Made by a program: the position numbers and the translations under genes. From the human T2T-CHM13v2.0 reference genome, Homo sapiens, in the NCBI RefSeq assembly GCF_009914755.1, contig NC_060938.1: DNA of 64,000 nucleotides; one strand, written 5' to 3'. Below the pieces are notes generated by a model. It was not told the DNA's origin. It made no database searches and saw nothing but the letters and a program-made list of their open reading frames with translations. The first letter of the stretch is position 1, and the number at the start of each line of letters is the position of its first letter. Below are positions 45,521 through 58,645 of the stretch, piece after piece.

Positions 45521-46317
45521 GTAAGTTTGACGCTGTGCTCCTTACCTTGGTGAGAAGGGCGGGAGGGTCAAGAGAATGTCTTCCTAGTCAGCCGGTGATT
45601 GGTCCCACCTGGCTTATTTGCTTCCTGGTCTTTCCTACTGTCAGAATCCAGGCAGCTGCTGGTGACTGTGATGAGGAGGTGGGCAAGCAAATGGGTTAAG
45701 TCTTCCTTCGGCCAAGTAAATGCATACACAGGCCCCCAAAGAATGTTCCCTCAGTTTTTTGCCTGAGGTTCTAGTGACATAATCCAACCAGTACAGATAG
45801 ACCCTCTCTTGCTGACTTCTCTGTATGTGTTGTCCACAGGTTTTGTCTATGAGACTTTGCTCACAGACTCTCTAGATGTCTCAGGTGCTCCACTTGGCAT
45901 CAGTCAGCATCCCCCTTTATCCTTTCCCACATTTCTTGTTTGCCTCCTCAGCTTAGGCCCTTGGCCTTGTGGTCAATTCTCTTCTTCTGAATTTTCTTGA
46001 TCCTCATCTGTGGAGCTTCTGGCAGGGGTGGTCATTCTCTCCTGAGGCATGACAATGCTAAAAGAAAGCTCAAGGACTAAGGTTGTGATGGAACAGGAAA
46101 GAGTAGACTCTTTCAGGGAAAAACAGATTGCTTGCAAATAAAGGATAGTTCTTTTTTAGCTTATATTCTTACCTTATTATGCCAAAAGAGGGTCTGGCTC
46201 TGCTCAGACTCGAGATTCATAACAAAACTTCCCATTCAATTACTTTATGATTGGGTTGCCCAGTATTTAGGAAAAGAAGGAGAGGCGAGAAAACTTTAAT
46301 TAACCCCCATAACAATA

Positions 46318-46652
<335 letters not shown>

Positions 46653-47500
46653 TAAGTTCCACCCTAAATACAATAGATCTGAAATTGCTTTCATGTGTTT
46701 CACCGCATATTGCACTCTGAAAAAACTTGTGACATAGGCAGGAGAGCTTATGAATCTTCTCTGTACAAGCTCAGGTGGTTGTTTCCCCAACGTTGCATAG
46801 TTAGAAAATGGCAAAGCTGGAGTTGGAACTCATACCTTTTAACTCTGTCCAGTGTTCTTTCTAATTTTTGAGTAATTATAACCTAGATATTTATTAGTCA
46901 TAAGCTTCCCTTGTTCGGGGAGGCTGGTATGGAAGTCTTAGGGACCAGAAATCAGATGCACTTTTTTTTCTCCCTTCAACTCTCCCTGCTTCTTCAAATT
47001 TCTTTTTCCAGATATCAAGTTGGTATGCTTATTAGTTTCCATCATTTTTTTCCTTCTTTCCACTTTGTGTTTAGGCCTTCACTTTCTCTTACCAGGCCTA
47101 TCATCATGCATCCAAACTGGTGCCCAATAGTGCCTTAAGCATGATTTTTCCCCAAAGTAACTTCGATTATAAAAGTCCCTGACTTTAAATTCTTCGATGG
47201 CTCTCTTTCACCTAGAGCAGTATCTCCAGGCCCCTGAAGTAACATTCTTATGAGAATAATGAGGTGATGCTCAAGTTGTCTAGGTGTTTCCTTGAATTTT
47301 GTGTTTCAAATATCAATTTTTAAAAATCTACAAAAATAATATGTGTATTCTGGATCATTTAATTGACTGTCTTATCACTATCATTCAATTTCACTGTGTT
47401 ATAGATCTTTATGATCCTGTTGGTGCCAAATTATACATCTTTAAATGTCATAAGTTAATGAAAAATGTACACAAGTGGACATAATTTGTAATGATGAGTT

Positions 47501-47518
47501 TGACCCACGTGAAGGTCA
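47501..47518. promoter_or_regulatory. ER6 nuclear-receptor element overlapping a CACGTG E-box
   Basis: TGACCC-acgtga-AGGTCA; motif match only. Confidence 0.4.
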
Positions 47519-47695
47519 AATGCTGTGACAGCAAACTTTTTAAAGAACGGTTTTCAAACTACCTATTAGTAGCCTAATAGAGACAAGTCTGAGGAGAATT
47601 TAGTTACTACATGTCACATCACAGCCCGGGCATGCCTAATTAAATTACAAACACGAGCAACAACCACAAAACCAGAGCCTTTGCATTTTGTAATA

Positions 47696-48540
47696 CAGTC
47701 AGGTGCTGCATAATGATGTTTCAGTCAACAATGGACTGCACATATGACAGTGGCTTCATAAAATTATAATGGAGTTGAAAAATTCCTGTCACTTAGTGAC
47801 GTCGTATACCTTCCATGGGACAAGATGTGCAGGTAGGAGACAGTGATATTGATGATCCAGACCCTATGTAGACCTAGGCTAATGTGTGTGCTTATGTCTT
47901 AGTTTTTCACAAAAAAATTAAATAGTAAAAATAACAAATTAAAAAACAACAATGCTTATAGAGTAATGATCTATAGAAAGAAAATCTTTTCATACAGCTG
48001 TACAGCGTATTTGTGTTTTAAGCTGTGTTATTACAAGTTGAAAAGTTAAAAAAATAAAAAGTTCCTTATTGAAGAAGGAAAAAAGTCTTTAAATAAATTT
48101 AGTGTAGCCTAAGTGTACAGTGTTTATAAAGACTACAGTAGTACAATAACATCCTAGGACTTCACATTCACTCACCATTCACTGACTCACCCAGAGCAAC
48201 TTTCAGTCCTGCAAGCTCCATTTGCGGTGAGTGCCCTATACAGGTGTACCATTGTTTATCTTTTATACTGTATTTTTACAGTACCTTTTTCTATGTTTAG
48301 ATATGTTTAGACACAAAAAGACTTACCACTGTGTTATAATTGCCTGTAGTATTCAGTACAGTAACATGTTGTACAGGTTTGTAGCTTAGGAGCAACAGGC
48401 TATCCCGTAGAGCCTAGGTGTGTAGGAAGCTACACCATCTAGGTTTGTGTAAGTACTCTCTATGATGTTTGCACAATGACTAAATAGCCTAACAAAACAG
48501 TTCTGAGAGCATATCCCTGTCGTAAAGTGATGCATGGCTT
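47696..48540. mobile_element. Tigger3 (Tigger3b/MER7-type) TcMar DNA transposon, internally deleted
   Basis: TA|cagtcaggtgctgcataatgatgtttcagtcaac ... aaagtgatgcatggctt|TA: degenerate TIRs with TA TSD. Confidence 0.88.
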
Positions 48541-49065
48541 TATTTTTCTCTTGGTGAGTGGTGTTTTCATTTCACCAAAACATTTAACACAATAAACAAA
48601 TATTAATTTGAACTTTATTGGTTTTATACATTTCTTATAAAATTCTTAGACTCATATAACATTGTTTAGATCCACACAAAATCTATAAGCCAGAAGAGTT
48701 TAGCCTCGTTTTGAATTTCGCATGTAAGTTCTCCTATTTTTCAAAAGTTTATTGTCCCTCCTTACTGGGTCTTTCTTTTGTGGAAAAATTATACTTCCCA
48801 CCCTGCTGACTTTAGCTTTTTGGCTGTGCCGCTTGATTTGCCAAATAAAAGTGAGTGGGAGTGATATGTGTTATTTTCAAGTGGAAGCTTTCATAGCCAC
48901 TGAGTGTTCTGCCCTCTCCCTTTTTCCTTCCTGTCATAAGCCTGGTAATATCCCAGAAAGGGATTTCTCCATCAGCCTAGATCCCAGAATGAAGATTAGG
49001 TAGAATCAAAGAGCCAAGAGCCTCAGCCAACGATGAAGGGTACGTAATATGACTGGGAAATGCCT

Positions 49066-49195
49066 AAATATGCAAATGTAAAATATGTGGGTATATGTAA
49101 ATGTACCATATGTGTATATATGTACATATGTGTGTGCGTATATGTGCACATATGTCCCTGTATACATGTGTATGTATCTATAGGTACCTATATTT
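49066..49195. repeat. Alternating purine-pyrimidine (TA/TG/CA) low-complexity tract
   Basis: atatgtgtatatatgtacatatgtgtgtgcgtatatgtgcacatatg... Confidence 0.75.
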
Positions 49196-49441
49196 CATGA
49201 TTTAACACTAGGGGTCAGGGATAGTTGTTTTCCTTTAGCAGGGGCTTTGTAAATCACTTAAGAAACACTGGCCTACAGAAAACATCTATATTGTTTAGCT
49301 TCATACGTGTTTTTGAGATCTGCTGTAGCCTATCTCTCCAATGTCATCTTCTTTACCCTATTTTTCTATCATTCTCCCTGATCTTAATTGTATTCTGTTC
49401 ATGGAAGCATTTCTACCTTTGTTCATTCTTTTTCTTATCAG

Positions 49442-49493
49442 AGGAACCTGGGAAAATAAAAATAGTCTGATGAATTTTGTGATGATAACTAAG
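49442..49493 (+). other. Candidate internal exon, 52 nt, unverified
   Basis: Long pyrimidine tract ...ttctttttcttatcag|A; donor AAG|gtgagg. Confidence 0.3.
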
Positions 49494-50481
49494 GTGAGGC
49501 GAGCCTGCTTAAGTTCCAGAGGATGGCAGAGCTGGTTTCCGCTGCCGTCTGCACGAATGAGGGTTGCTAACAAGTGGTAACCATGGAGTGTGTGAGTTTC
49601 TCCACCTTCCCTAGCCCGAACTGGCCTCACACAGAGCTGCCAGCAAGTAATGAAGTCCCCAGACAAGTGCACCAGCTTCTGAACAATGAAGAGTTTGACC
49701 GTATTAAATTAACAAGCCCCTTATAAAATGTCTTTGGGTGAACTCTGTCTTTGAGTTCCCATAAACTGCACAAACAGGAGGTTCTGAGTTGTTGCATCGG
49801 AAGCCTGCCGCTCTGTTTCCAAATCATCCTTTTCTTAGATAGCTCAGGGACTGTGGTTAGGCAAATTAATCCTAGGAGAAGTTAAGCAATTGTGATCTTA
49901 GAGAAGAGATTCTGTGCCCTCAAGGCCCTGGCAACCACACACATCAAAATCTCGCATTTAATTTATATCAAGCATGGAATTAATAAGAGTCGGTGGTAAT
50001 AAAGTGTCAGGGCAAGAAATGTAAAATATATATCATAAAATATTTATGTAATAAAAAATAATCCCCTTCACTAATATAACCCACATCTTTTCTCTTGATA
50101 GCACCTAGTAATGAAAGCATTTAAATCCCTGTAAGGGATTACTATACTCTATATGATACATGTAAAGATCCAAACATAGTCCACTTATCAAAAGCACAAT
50201 ATCCTGAAGTAAATGATAGAGAGGGCAAAATGTGCAGCTGGATACTTCTCAATTTCTAATGACAAATTCAGCATATATTCAATAAATTGTCTTTTCCAGA
50301 ACATTTCTGAAATTTTTAAATGAATGCAGTGGGCAGAAAATTGAAATGTAATTGAGTGACATCTTCTAATCATATATGCAGGGTGGAAATGGGAAATATA
50401 AATGGGAAATATAAACAGGAAAGTCAGCTCCATGATTTCTTTTTTATCACTCATGTTAAATGGCTCTCTGTATTGTTTTAG

Positions 50482-50515
50482 CCACCAAACAAAGCCATCA
50501 AGGTTTTCTATGAAG
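50482..50515 (+). other. Candidate microexon, 34 nt, unverified
   Basis: ctctctgtattgttttag|C ... GAAG|gtaagc. Confidence 0.25.
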
Positions 50516-51539
50516 GTAAGCTGGTTTTATCTTGGAAGGATGAGTTATAAATGATAGTATTGTATATGCAATTGTGAGTTTCCTATCTTTCTGCTGGCAT
50601 ATTATTTCATTTCAATTAAAAAAAATCTCCTCTAGAGAAGCTGTAATAAAATCAACACTGAATAAAAGGAATGTGATTAGAGAATGCAGGGTTTTAAACC
50701 ATTTAATTTCGAGAGTTTGGAGACCCTCACTTCGTGTGTGTGTGTTTTGCAGTCTCCCATCATGACCTGGACTAAAGGGGGCTGCTAACAGTATTTGGCA
50801 TTCCCGAGTGAGCACCTTTGGTGACACCTTCAAATGCTCAGTATATCTGTATGAAAAACACTCTTGCTTTATTTGCATGATTTTTTCCGTTGTAAGTTGT
50901 CTTAATAGAATTTTCTGTGATAGGAATATGGAAATAGACATGTTATGATTCAAAAGCTGTCATCTTTTGTGGTCTAAGTTTTTGTTGACTGCATTTTCTT
51001 TCAGGAAATTACACTTAAGCCATCTTTCATAATTCCCTTGGAGTCTGTGCTGCTTGACCACATTATAACAAGATGCTTTTGATCCTTTGATAATTAAATG
51101 CTCTACTGAATGGTGAGAGAGACGGATCTGCCTTGTATTAAATTCTCCTCTAAGGAGAAAGGAGGTTAATGACACCTCCAGATAGTAATAGGTAGTATTA
51201 CTATAAGATAATGAGCAAATTGCCACAGGCTGGGCCTGGTATCTTTATACCATGAATATAAAATAGCATTTTATCTTTTTACCATGAATGAGTAAAGCAC
51301 ATCATGGTTCAAATTTTGCTTTCAGAAGGAATGCAGGCATCTGTAATTCTGTGAGCCAACTGTATTAAGTGGTTAATTTGTAGCTATTAGCTCCATTTGC
51401 CATATAGATTTCACTGTAAAAATAGTATTCTATGAAAGCCTAAATTCAAGCCTATAGACATCTACCTGATTGCTGGGACCAGAACTGGCACACCTTCTCA
51501 AAAGCTGCAGCCTCTTAGAGGTCCTTGGGAGGAGGACAG

Positions 51540-51864
51540 TGTGATGGTCAGTTTCATGTATAAACTTGGCAGGTTGTAGTCTCCAGTTATTTAGTCAAAC
51601 ACTAATCTAGGTGCTGCTGTGAATTTGTAAATGTGGTTAACATCTAAACTCAGTTGACTTTAAGTAAAGAAGATTACCCTCAATAATAGCGGTGGGGCCG
51701 CATCCAGTCAGTTGAAAGCTTTAAGAGCAAAAACTGGTTTCCCAGAGAAGAAATTCTGCCTCAAGACTGTAACTTCAAGTCCTGCCTGAGTTTTCGGCCT
51801 GCCCTACAAATTTGGACTTGTCAGCTCCCACAATCATGTGAGCCAATTCTTTAAAAAAAAAAAA

Positions 51865-51896
<32 letters not shown>

Positions 51897-52048
51897 CACA
51901 CATATATATTTAAAATAAAACATTTATATATCTATATATTTAAAATAAAACACACACGTTTTAAGTATATCTGTGTGTGTGTGTGTGTGTGTGTGTCTGT
52001 GTGTGTGTCCTATTGGTTGTATTTCTCTGGAGAACCCTGACTGATACA
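51540..52048 (+). mobile_element. MLT2 (MLT2D-like, ERVL) solo LTR with (TG)n tracts
   Basis: tgtgatggtcagtttcatgt...cctattggttgtatttctctggagaaccctgactgataca; (TG)n at ~51865-51891 and ~51973-52008. Confidence 0.9.
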
Positions 52049-52825
52049 TATGGTAAAAGAAAGATAAAGGCAGGTGACTTGCAAATCCCAGAAGAGCTTA
52101 TTGGGCCCTTGATGCAAGCAGCTACCATGGACATGGACTTAGCTAAACCCAGCAGCCAGGAGTAAATTTTGATGAGAATTTTTACAGGAAAGTACCCTCC
52201 TCACTGCAGCATGTTTAACAAGCCCCTTCCAATTCAAACCATCTCTTTGCACATTTTGTCCATCCCATTATAAACAGCGAGCAATATGTTAAAAATGGAA
52301 GCAACATGCTCTCAAATACAATCTTTGTTATCAGTTTGAAGATGCTAGTGTCTAGTGTTCTAATCCATGACAGACATGAACCAGTGGCCATACAATATGG
52401 AAAAAGATCATTAAATGTTAAGTGCTTCCAAATTCTTGACATCAGAGGTGCTTCTTAAAATCACAGTGTTCTCTTCAATAGCTAACTTTTTTATCTCTTA
52501 TCTCTGCACAGCTGAATGTCTTGAGAAACTTGCCTACAACTCATGGCCTTCATTTCCATGGTTGCTGCCCACTTTGTTACCCAGTGCGATATGGTCTTAG
52601 TCCTACAGACACTGTTTTTGTTAACCTAACCAATAACCTTCCTGTTGTTAAATCTGAAGTGTACTTAGTCTTTCTTTTACTTAATGTAGTAGTTTGATCA
52701 ATTCACAAATATTGGCCCCACGCTTATGCTACAAATCTCTTCCTTTGTCTTCTGCAACCAGTTCTCTCTGTTTGCATCCTGTTCATCTGCTGGCATTCCT
52801 TCAGGCTCCTTACGCTGACATAGTC

Positions 52826-53284
52826 TGTCCTGTATTGAACAGTGTCCTCCAAGAGGAATGTTGAAGTCCTCAGCCCTGGTAGCTGTGATGTGATCTCACA
52901 TGGGAATTGGGTCTTAGTAGATGTAATCGAATTAAGATGAGGTTATTAGGGTGGATCCTAATCTGACCGGTGGTCTTACAAGAAAAGGAAAGCACCATGT
53001 AAAGATTCACACAGAGACAAGATAGCCATGTGACAACGGAGAGAGAAGTTGGAGTGATGCATCTTCAAATCCAGGAACGCTAAGGATTGATGGCAAATAC
53101 CAGAAGCTAGAAGAGGAAGAGGCAAGGAAGGATTCTCCTCTACAGATTTTAGAGAGAACATGGCCCTGACAACTGCTCGATTTCAGACTTCTAGCCTCCA
53201 GAACTACGAGATAATAAATTTTTGTTTTATTAAGCCACCTAGTTTGTGGTACTTTGTCACAGCAGCCCTAGGAAATTAAGAACA
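52826..53284 (+). mobile_element. MLT1C-like MaLR solo LTR
   Basis: ccagaagctagaagagg...caaggaaggattctcc...ttaagccacctagtttgtggtactttg. Confidence 0.88.
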
Positions 53285-55094
53285 GGTCCCACAGGACGGC
53301 CTGAAAATCAAAGTGCTTTTAGTATGTTCTCTATTGGAAGTTGCTTCCTCCAGCTAATAACATCTAGACTCATGTGTGAGTGTTTCTTGTAGTGGAAACA
53401 GGAAAGGTATGCTTACGATGAGCTGACACATGCACAGACTATGACTGACTCATGTCAAACTTGGAAGTGCAGCCATTCAGGCCTGTGGTAGTGGGGGTTT
53501 ACACTACCTATCTGTCGGGACTGTTCTATTCATGGATTTGCCCCGAATGGCACACATCAGTCTGCCTCTTGTTTGCTTATGGTATCTGGGGATTTGACAA
53601 TGACAAAAGGCCAATATAGTCTCAGGAAAGATTCTCACTGCTATATTCTACTGTTGAGGCTTTCTAGCTCAGTCGCTTTCTGCAGCTGAATTTCAGTCGG
53701 TAATACATTCAGTAAGAAACATGTCCTTGGGCAACTCTATTCTCAATGGAATTGTCTGATGAAGTGGGCTCTGTTAACTACTCAGGAGGCTTCATATGCT
53801 TTGATTACTGCTCATGAGATTTCTATTTCTTCAAGGAGCTTAATGAGGTTTTTTCTGGGGGGCAAAAATCATAAATTTCCATTTTTTAGTAGCTCTGCTG
53901 GTAGGAGTACAAATCATACATCCCTTTCATGGCCCATGAAACAATGTTTCTCATTTTTTTCTCTTGTGAGGTAGCAATGCAGATGTCATCTGGTCCATCT
54001 AAGAAATATTGAGAAAAGCATAATTAAATATAAATATTAATTACCTTTTTAAAGCCATATACTTTAAAACATGTAATTTCTTAAGTTTGCAAAGTATGTG
54101 ATGTTGAATGTGCCTGAAGTAGGAATCAATTTCAATGGCCAAATGAAGGATTTTATAGCTTTAAAATATCTGCATTCATTTACTTTTAAAATTATAGAGG
54201 AAGGACAAAGTCTTTTTAGTAAATTCTTACTTATTAAAATGATTTTTTCTCTACATAAATCTTCCTTGATTTATGTATTATTTTTGCTTCTTTCATTTAA
54301 AACTACTTTCATAACTTAAATGATTTGAACTGAATTCACGGTTGACAGCCAAGTGTTTTGATAACTTTCCCCCTTAGTTTGATGGCAAATACATCATTGT
54401 GTGCTCGGCTGCTTGTCAGAGCACCAACAGTGGCATCCATTTCTCTGTGGAGGCCAGGAATATAAAAAAATATGCAATCGGAAGCATTCTAAATGTAATG
54501 GCAAATTTAGCTGATAGAACGTGCAGAATACTAATGAGCAGTCTGCTGGGCCTGCTGTGCACTCGCGCATCACAGACTGAGAATAATGACCTTGCTCAAG
54601 ACTTAAGCAGAGAGTCATTGCAGTTAGCAACAAACAGATGTCTCTGATTACACTCCAGCCACCTAACCTCTCCTGGGACCTTGACATTAGCTGTACACAT
54701 GAAAACTACTACCTCAGTTCAGGTCACGTATTTGCTCACTGCTGGGGGTGGGTCACAGACTAGGGGAAAGGTGGGGGAACAACCTTTAAATTCCACAACA
54801 GTCAAGCCTTAAAATGTCTTACCATGTTTACAGACAGATTCTTGAAGTTAATTTGAAAAGTTAAGTAAAACATCTATTCACTACTTTCCCTTGCTGTTTA
54901 CAACCTTTAAAAATTAAAAAAAAAATAAAGCATCTCTTAAGAAACATCTGCCTTCTATAAAAATCAAAAAGGACTTCTTTAAACAAAAAGAAGGGAAAGT
55001 ATGAATAGAATTGGTAAATAACTTCCTCAAGATCTTTTTCCCCCTGTGGGTATGATGCAGAAACAGAAAAGCTTTATTATTGATGGTAATCAAA

Positions 55095-55280
55095 CTTTGC
55101 TAAGCACTTTCCTGATTCTCATTCAACAAAGCTCAGAAGTTGCTATCATTTATGTACTATTTTAGAGATGAGGAAAGTGATGTGGTAAAGCTCAGTTTGT
55201 TTAAATAGCTAGTGAGGAGCAGAACTAGGATTTGCACAGAAGACAACACAACTTCAGCACCTGAGTCTTAACTGCTTTAT
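55095..55280 (-). mobile_element. MIR SINE
   Basis: attttagagatgaggaaagtga...gctagtgaggagcagaactaggatttg. Confidence 0.7.
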
Positions 55281-55639
55281 TTCATTGCTTTTCTAGTTTT
55301 TCAAATGGCTTTCACTATTAAAATAAAGTTACAATTTCCTGTTGGAAATCCAATTAAATGTACAAAAAATTCTCATGATTCAGCATGACAGATCCACTAT
55401 CTTATGGCCGGTGAGACTATAAACAAAGGATCAAAAGTTGATTTAAATTAAAAAAAAATTTTAAGTCAGACAGTTATTTTGGAAGGTTGTACTTTAAACA
55501 GATTTTCTTGGATATATCATCCCGCTGCTGGATAGGATGTAGAAGAACGTGAAAGACTCTACTGCCACTGAGATAAGAAGAAATCACTGGAAAAACAAAC
55601 AAACAAACCACTTTCTAGAACCATAAACCTTCTACATGA

Positions 55640-56605
55640 AACATAGGACAATATTTTTATGGCCCTTCAAAGGCAAAGATTTTGACAGGACAAAAAGCAC
55701 CAACCATAAAAGAAAAAAAAATGATAAAACAACTTAATCAAAAAGTAAAGGTTCTGAATTTCAAAAGAAATCATTAATAAAATGAAAAGATAAGCCACAG
55801 ATTGGGAGAAAATGTTCATAATATATGTATTTGACAAAGGACTTCTATCTAGGATATGTAGGAAACTCCTACAGCTCAATAATAAAAAGACAAACAACCC
55901 CAGCCCAATGTCAAAAGACTTAGACACTTAACAAAAGAAGATATATGTTAGACAATAAGCACAGAAAAAGGTGCTTAGCATCACTGTTAGTGTATATAAA
56001 GATATGAAAAAATTAAAACCACAATAAGATACCATTTTACCTACTCTAATGGGTAAAATGAAAAAGACTGAAATACCATATATTCAAGAGTGCAAAGGAA
56101 CTGGCACTGTCATACATTGCTGGCAGAAATGTAAACTGATAAACCATTTTGTAAAACTGGTCTTTCCTTACAAAGTTAAATTTACACCTACTTTATGACA
56201 TATCAGTTTCACTCCTAGTTTTTTTATCCAAGGAAAATTACATATGTCCAAAAAATGCTTGTGCAAGAATGTTTGTAGCAGCTTTATTCATAATTCAAAC
56301 CAGAAACAACCCATTAACTCAGAATGGATAAACAAACTGTGGTATAGGCATACCATTGAATACTTTAGAAAACTGTACATCAATAAAAAGGAATCAGCTA
56401 TTACTACGTGGAAGGACATTAATAAATCTTTCAAAACGTTATGTTGATTCTGTTGGTAGAAATCCAATCCGTGGCTGTGTGGAGTGGGTGAGGACTGGCT
56501 TCAAGGGAGCAAGAAGAAATTTTCTGGGGTTATGGAAATGATCTATATCTTGAATATTGTGGTGATTACAGAGGTGCTACTTATACACTTTTAAAAATAT
56601 ATTAG
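55640..56605 (+). mobile_element. Old L1M (L1MC/ME-like) 3' part, resuming at ~58650-58770 after the L1PA16-like insertion
   Basis: aagccacagattgggagaaaat...aaaaccacaataagataccatt...aagaatgtttgtagcagctttattcataa. Confidence 0.8.
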
Positions 56606-56611
56606 ACTATA

Positions 56612-56907
56612 CAATTCTGGAAGTCCTAGACAGAGCAATCAGGCAAGAGAAAGAAATAAAAGGCATCCAAATAGGAAACAAAGAAGTCAAGCTACCTCTC
56701 TTCACTGACAACATGATTCTACACCTAGAAAACCCTAACGACTCCACCAAAAGGCTCCTGGAACTGATAAAGAACTTCAGTAAAGTTTCAGGATACAAAA
56801 TTCAATATACAGAAATCAATAGCAAACAAACTCCAATAGCATTTAAGCTGAGAGCAAAATCAAGAATGCAAAACCATTTACAATAGCCTCCCTGCCGCCC
56901 TCCCCTG

Positions 56908-56949
<42 letters not shown>

Positions 56950-58645
56950 CCTAGGAATACATCTAACCAAGGGGGTGAAAATATCTCTACACGGAGAACT
57001 ACAAAACACTGTTGAAAGAAATCACAGACGATACAAACAAATGGAAAAACATCCCATGCTTATGGATTGGAAGAATCAATATCATTAAAATGCCCAAAAG
57101 CAATCTACAGATTCAACACTATTCCTATCAAACTACCAACATCATTTTTCACAGAATTAGAAAACACCATTCTAAAATGAATATGGAACCAAAAAAGAAC
57201 CTGAATGGCCAAAGCAATCCTAAGCCAAAAAAACATAACAAAGCCAGAGGCATCACATTACCTGACTTCAAGATATTCTATAAGCCTACTAAAATAGCAT
57301 GGTACTGGCACGAACACAGACGAATGGAACAGAACAGAGACCCAGAAAATAAAGCCACACACCTACAGCCATATGATCTTCAACAAAGTCAACAAAAATA
57401 AGCAATGGGGAAAGGACCATCAATAAATGGTGCTGGGGTAGCTGTCTATCCGTATGCAGAAGAATGAAACTGAATCTCTATCTCTCACCATATACAAACA
57501 TTAAAACTCAAGATGAATTAAAGACTTAAATGTAAGACCTCAAACCATAGGAATTCTAGAAGGAAACTTAGGAAACACCATTCTGGACATTAGTCTTGGG
57601 AAAGAATTTATGACTAAGTTCTCAAAAGCAATTGCAACAAAAACAAAAGCAAAAGAAACTATCAACAGAGTAAACAGACAACCTACAGAATAGGAGAAAA
57701 TATTTGCAAACTATGGATTCAACAAAGGTCTAGTATCCAAAAACTATAAGAAGCTTAAATAATTGAACAAGCAAAAAACAAATAATCCCATTAAAAAGTG
57801 GGGAAAAAAACATGAACAGAGACTTCTCAAAAGAAGACATACAAGCAGCCAATAAACATGTGAAAAAATTTTCCTCATCACGAATCATCAGAGACATGCA
57901 AATCAAAACCACAATGAGATACCATCTCACACCACTCAGAATGGCTATTATTAAAAAGTCAAAAAACAACAGATGCTGGCAAGGCTACAGAGAAAAAGGA
58001 ATGCTTATTGCTGTTGATGGGAATGTAAAGTAGTTCAGCCACTGTAGAAAGCAGTTTGGAGATTTCTCAACGAACTTAAAACAGAACTACCATTCAACCT
58101 GGTAATCCCATTACTGGGTATATATTCAAAAGAAAATAAGTCATTCTACCAAAAAGATGCATGCATTCATATGTTCATTGCAGCACTATTTACAATAGCA
58201 AAGATGTGGAATCAACCTAGGTGCCCATCAATGGTGGACTGAATAAAGAAAATGTGGTACACATAAACCATGGAATACTACACAGCCATAATAAAAGAAC
58301 AAAATCATGTTGTTTGCAGCAATGTGGATGCAGCTAGAGGCCATTATCTTAAGCAAATTAATGCAGGAACAGAAAACAAAATACCACATATTCTCACTTA
58401 AGTGGAAGCTAAACATTGGGTACTCATGGACATAAGGATGGCAACAATGGACCCTGGGAACTACAAGAGGGGAGGAAGAGAGAAGGGAAACGGTTGAAAA
58501 ATTAATTATTGGATACTGTGTTCACCAGCTAGGTGACAGGATCGTTTGTATCCCAAACCTCAGCATCACACAGTATATCCATGTGACAAACCTGCACATG
58601 TATTCCCTGAATCTAAAATTAAAGTTGAAATTATATAAATAAATA
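56612..58645 (+). mobile_element. 5'-truncated L1 (L1PA15/16-like)
   Basis: Decayed ORF2 ([18 protein letters not shown]; [13 protein letters not shown]); 3' end aaacctcagcatcacacag...ctgaatctaaaattaaagttgaaatt. Confidence 0.92.
56909..56947. repeat. (CA)n microsatellite inside the L1
   Basis: ~19 CA units. Confidence 0.95.

Noticed and set aside
51865-52008. Complex (TG)n/(TA)n tract with a duplicated tatatatttaaaataaaaca
   Set aside because: Ordinary microsatellite expansion at the usual position in MLT2 LTRs.
54385-54445. Pre-miRNA
   Set aside because: The stem is short and bulged, below pre-miRNA length, and I recognise no mature sequence.
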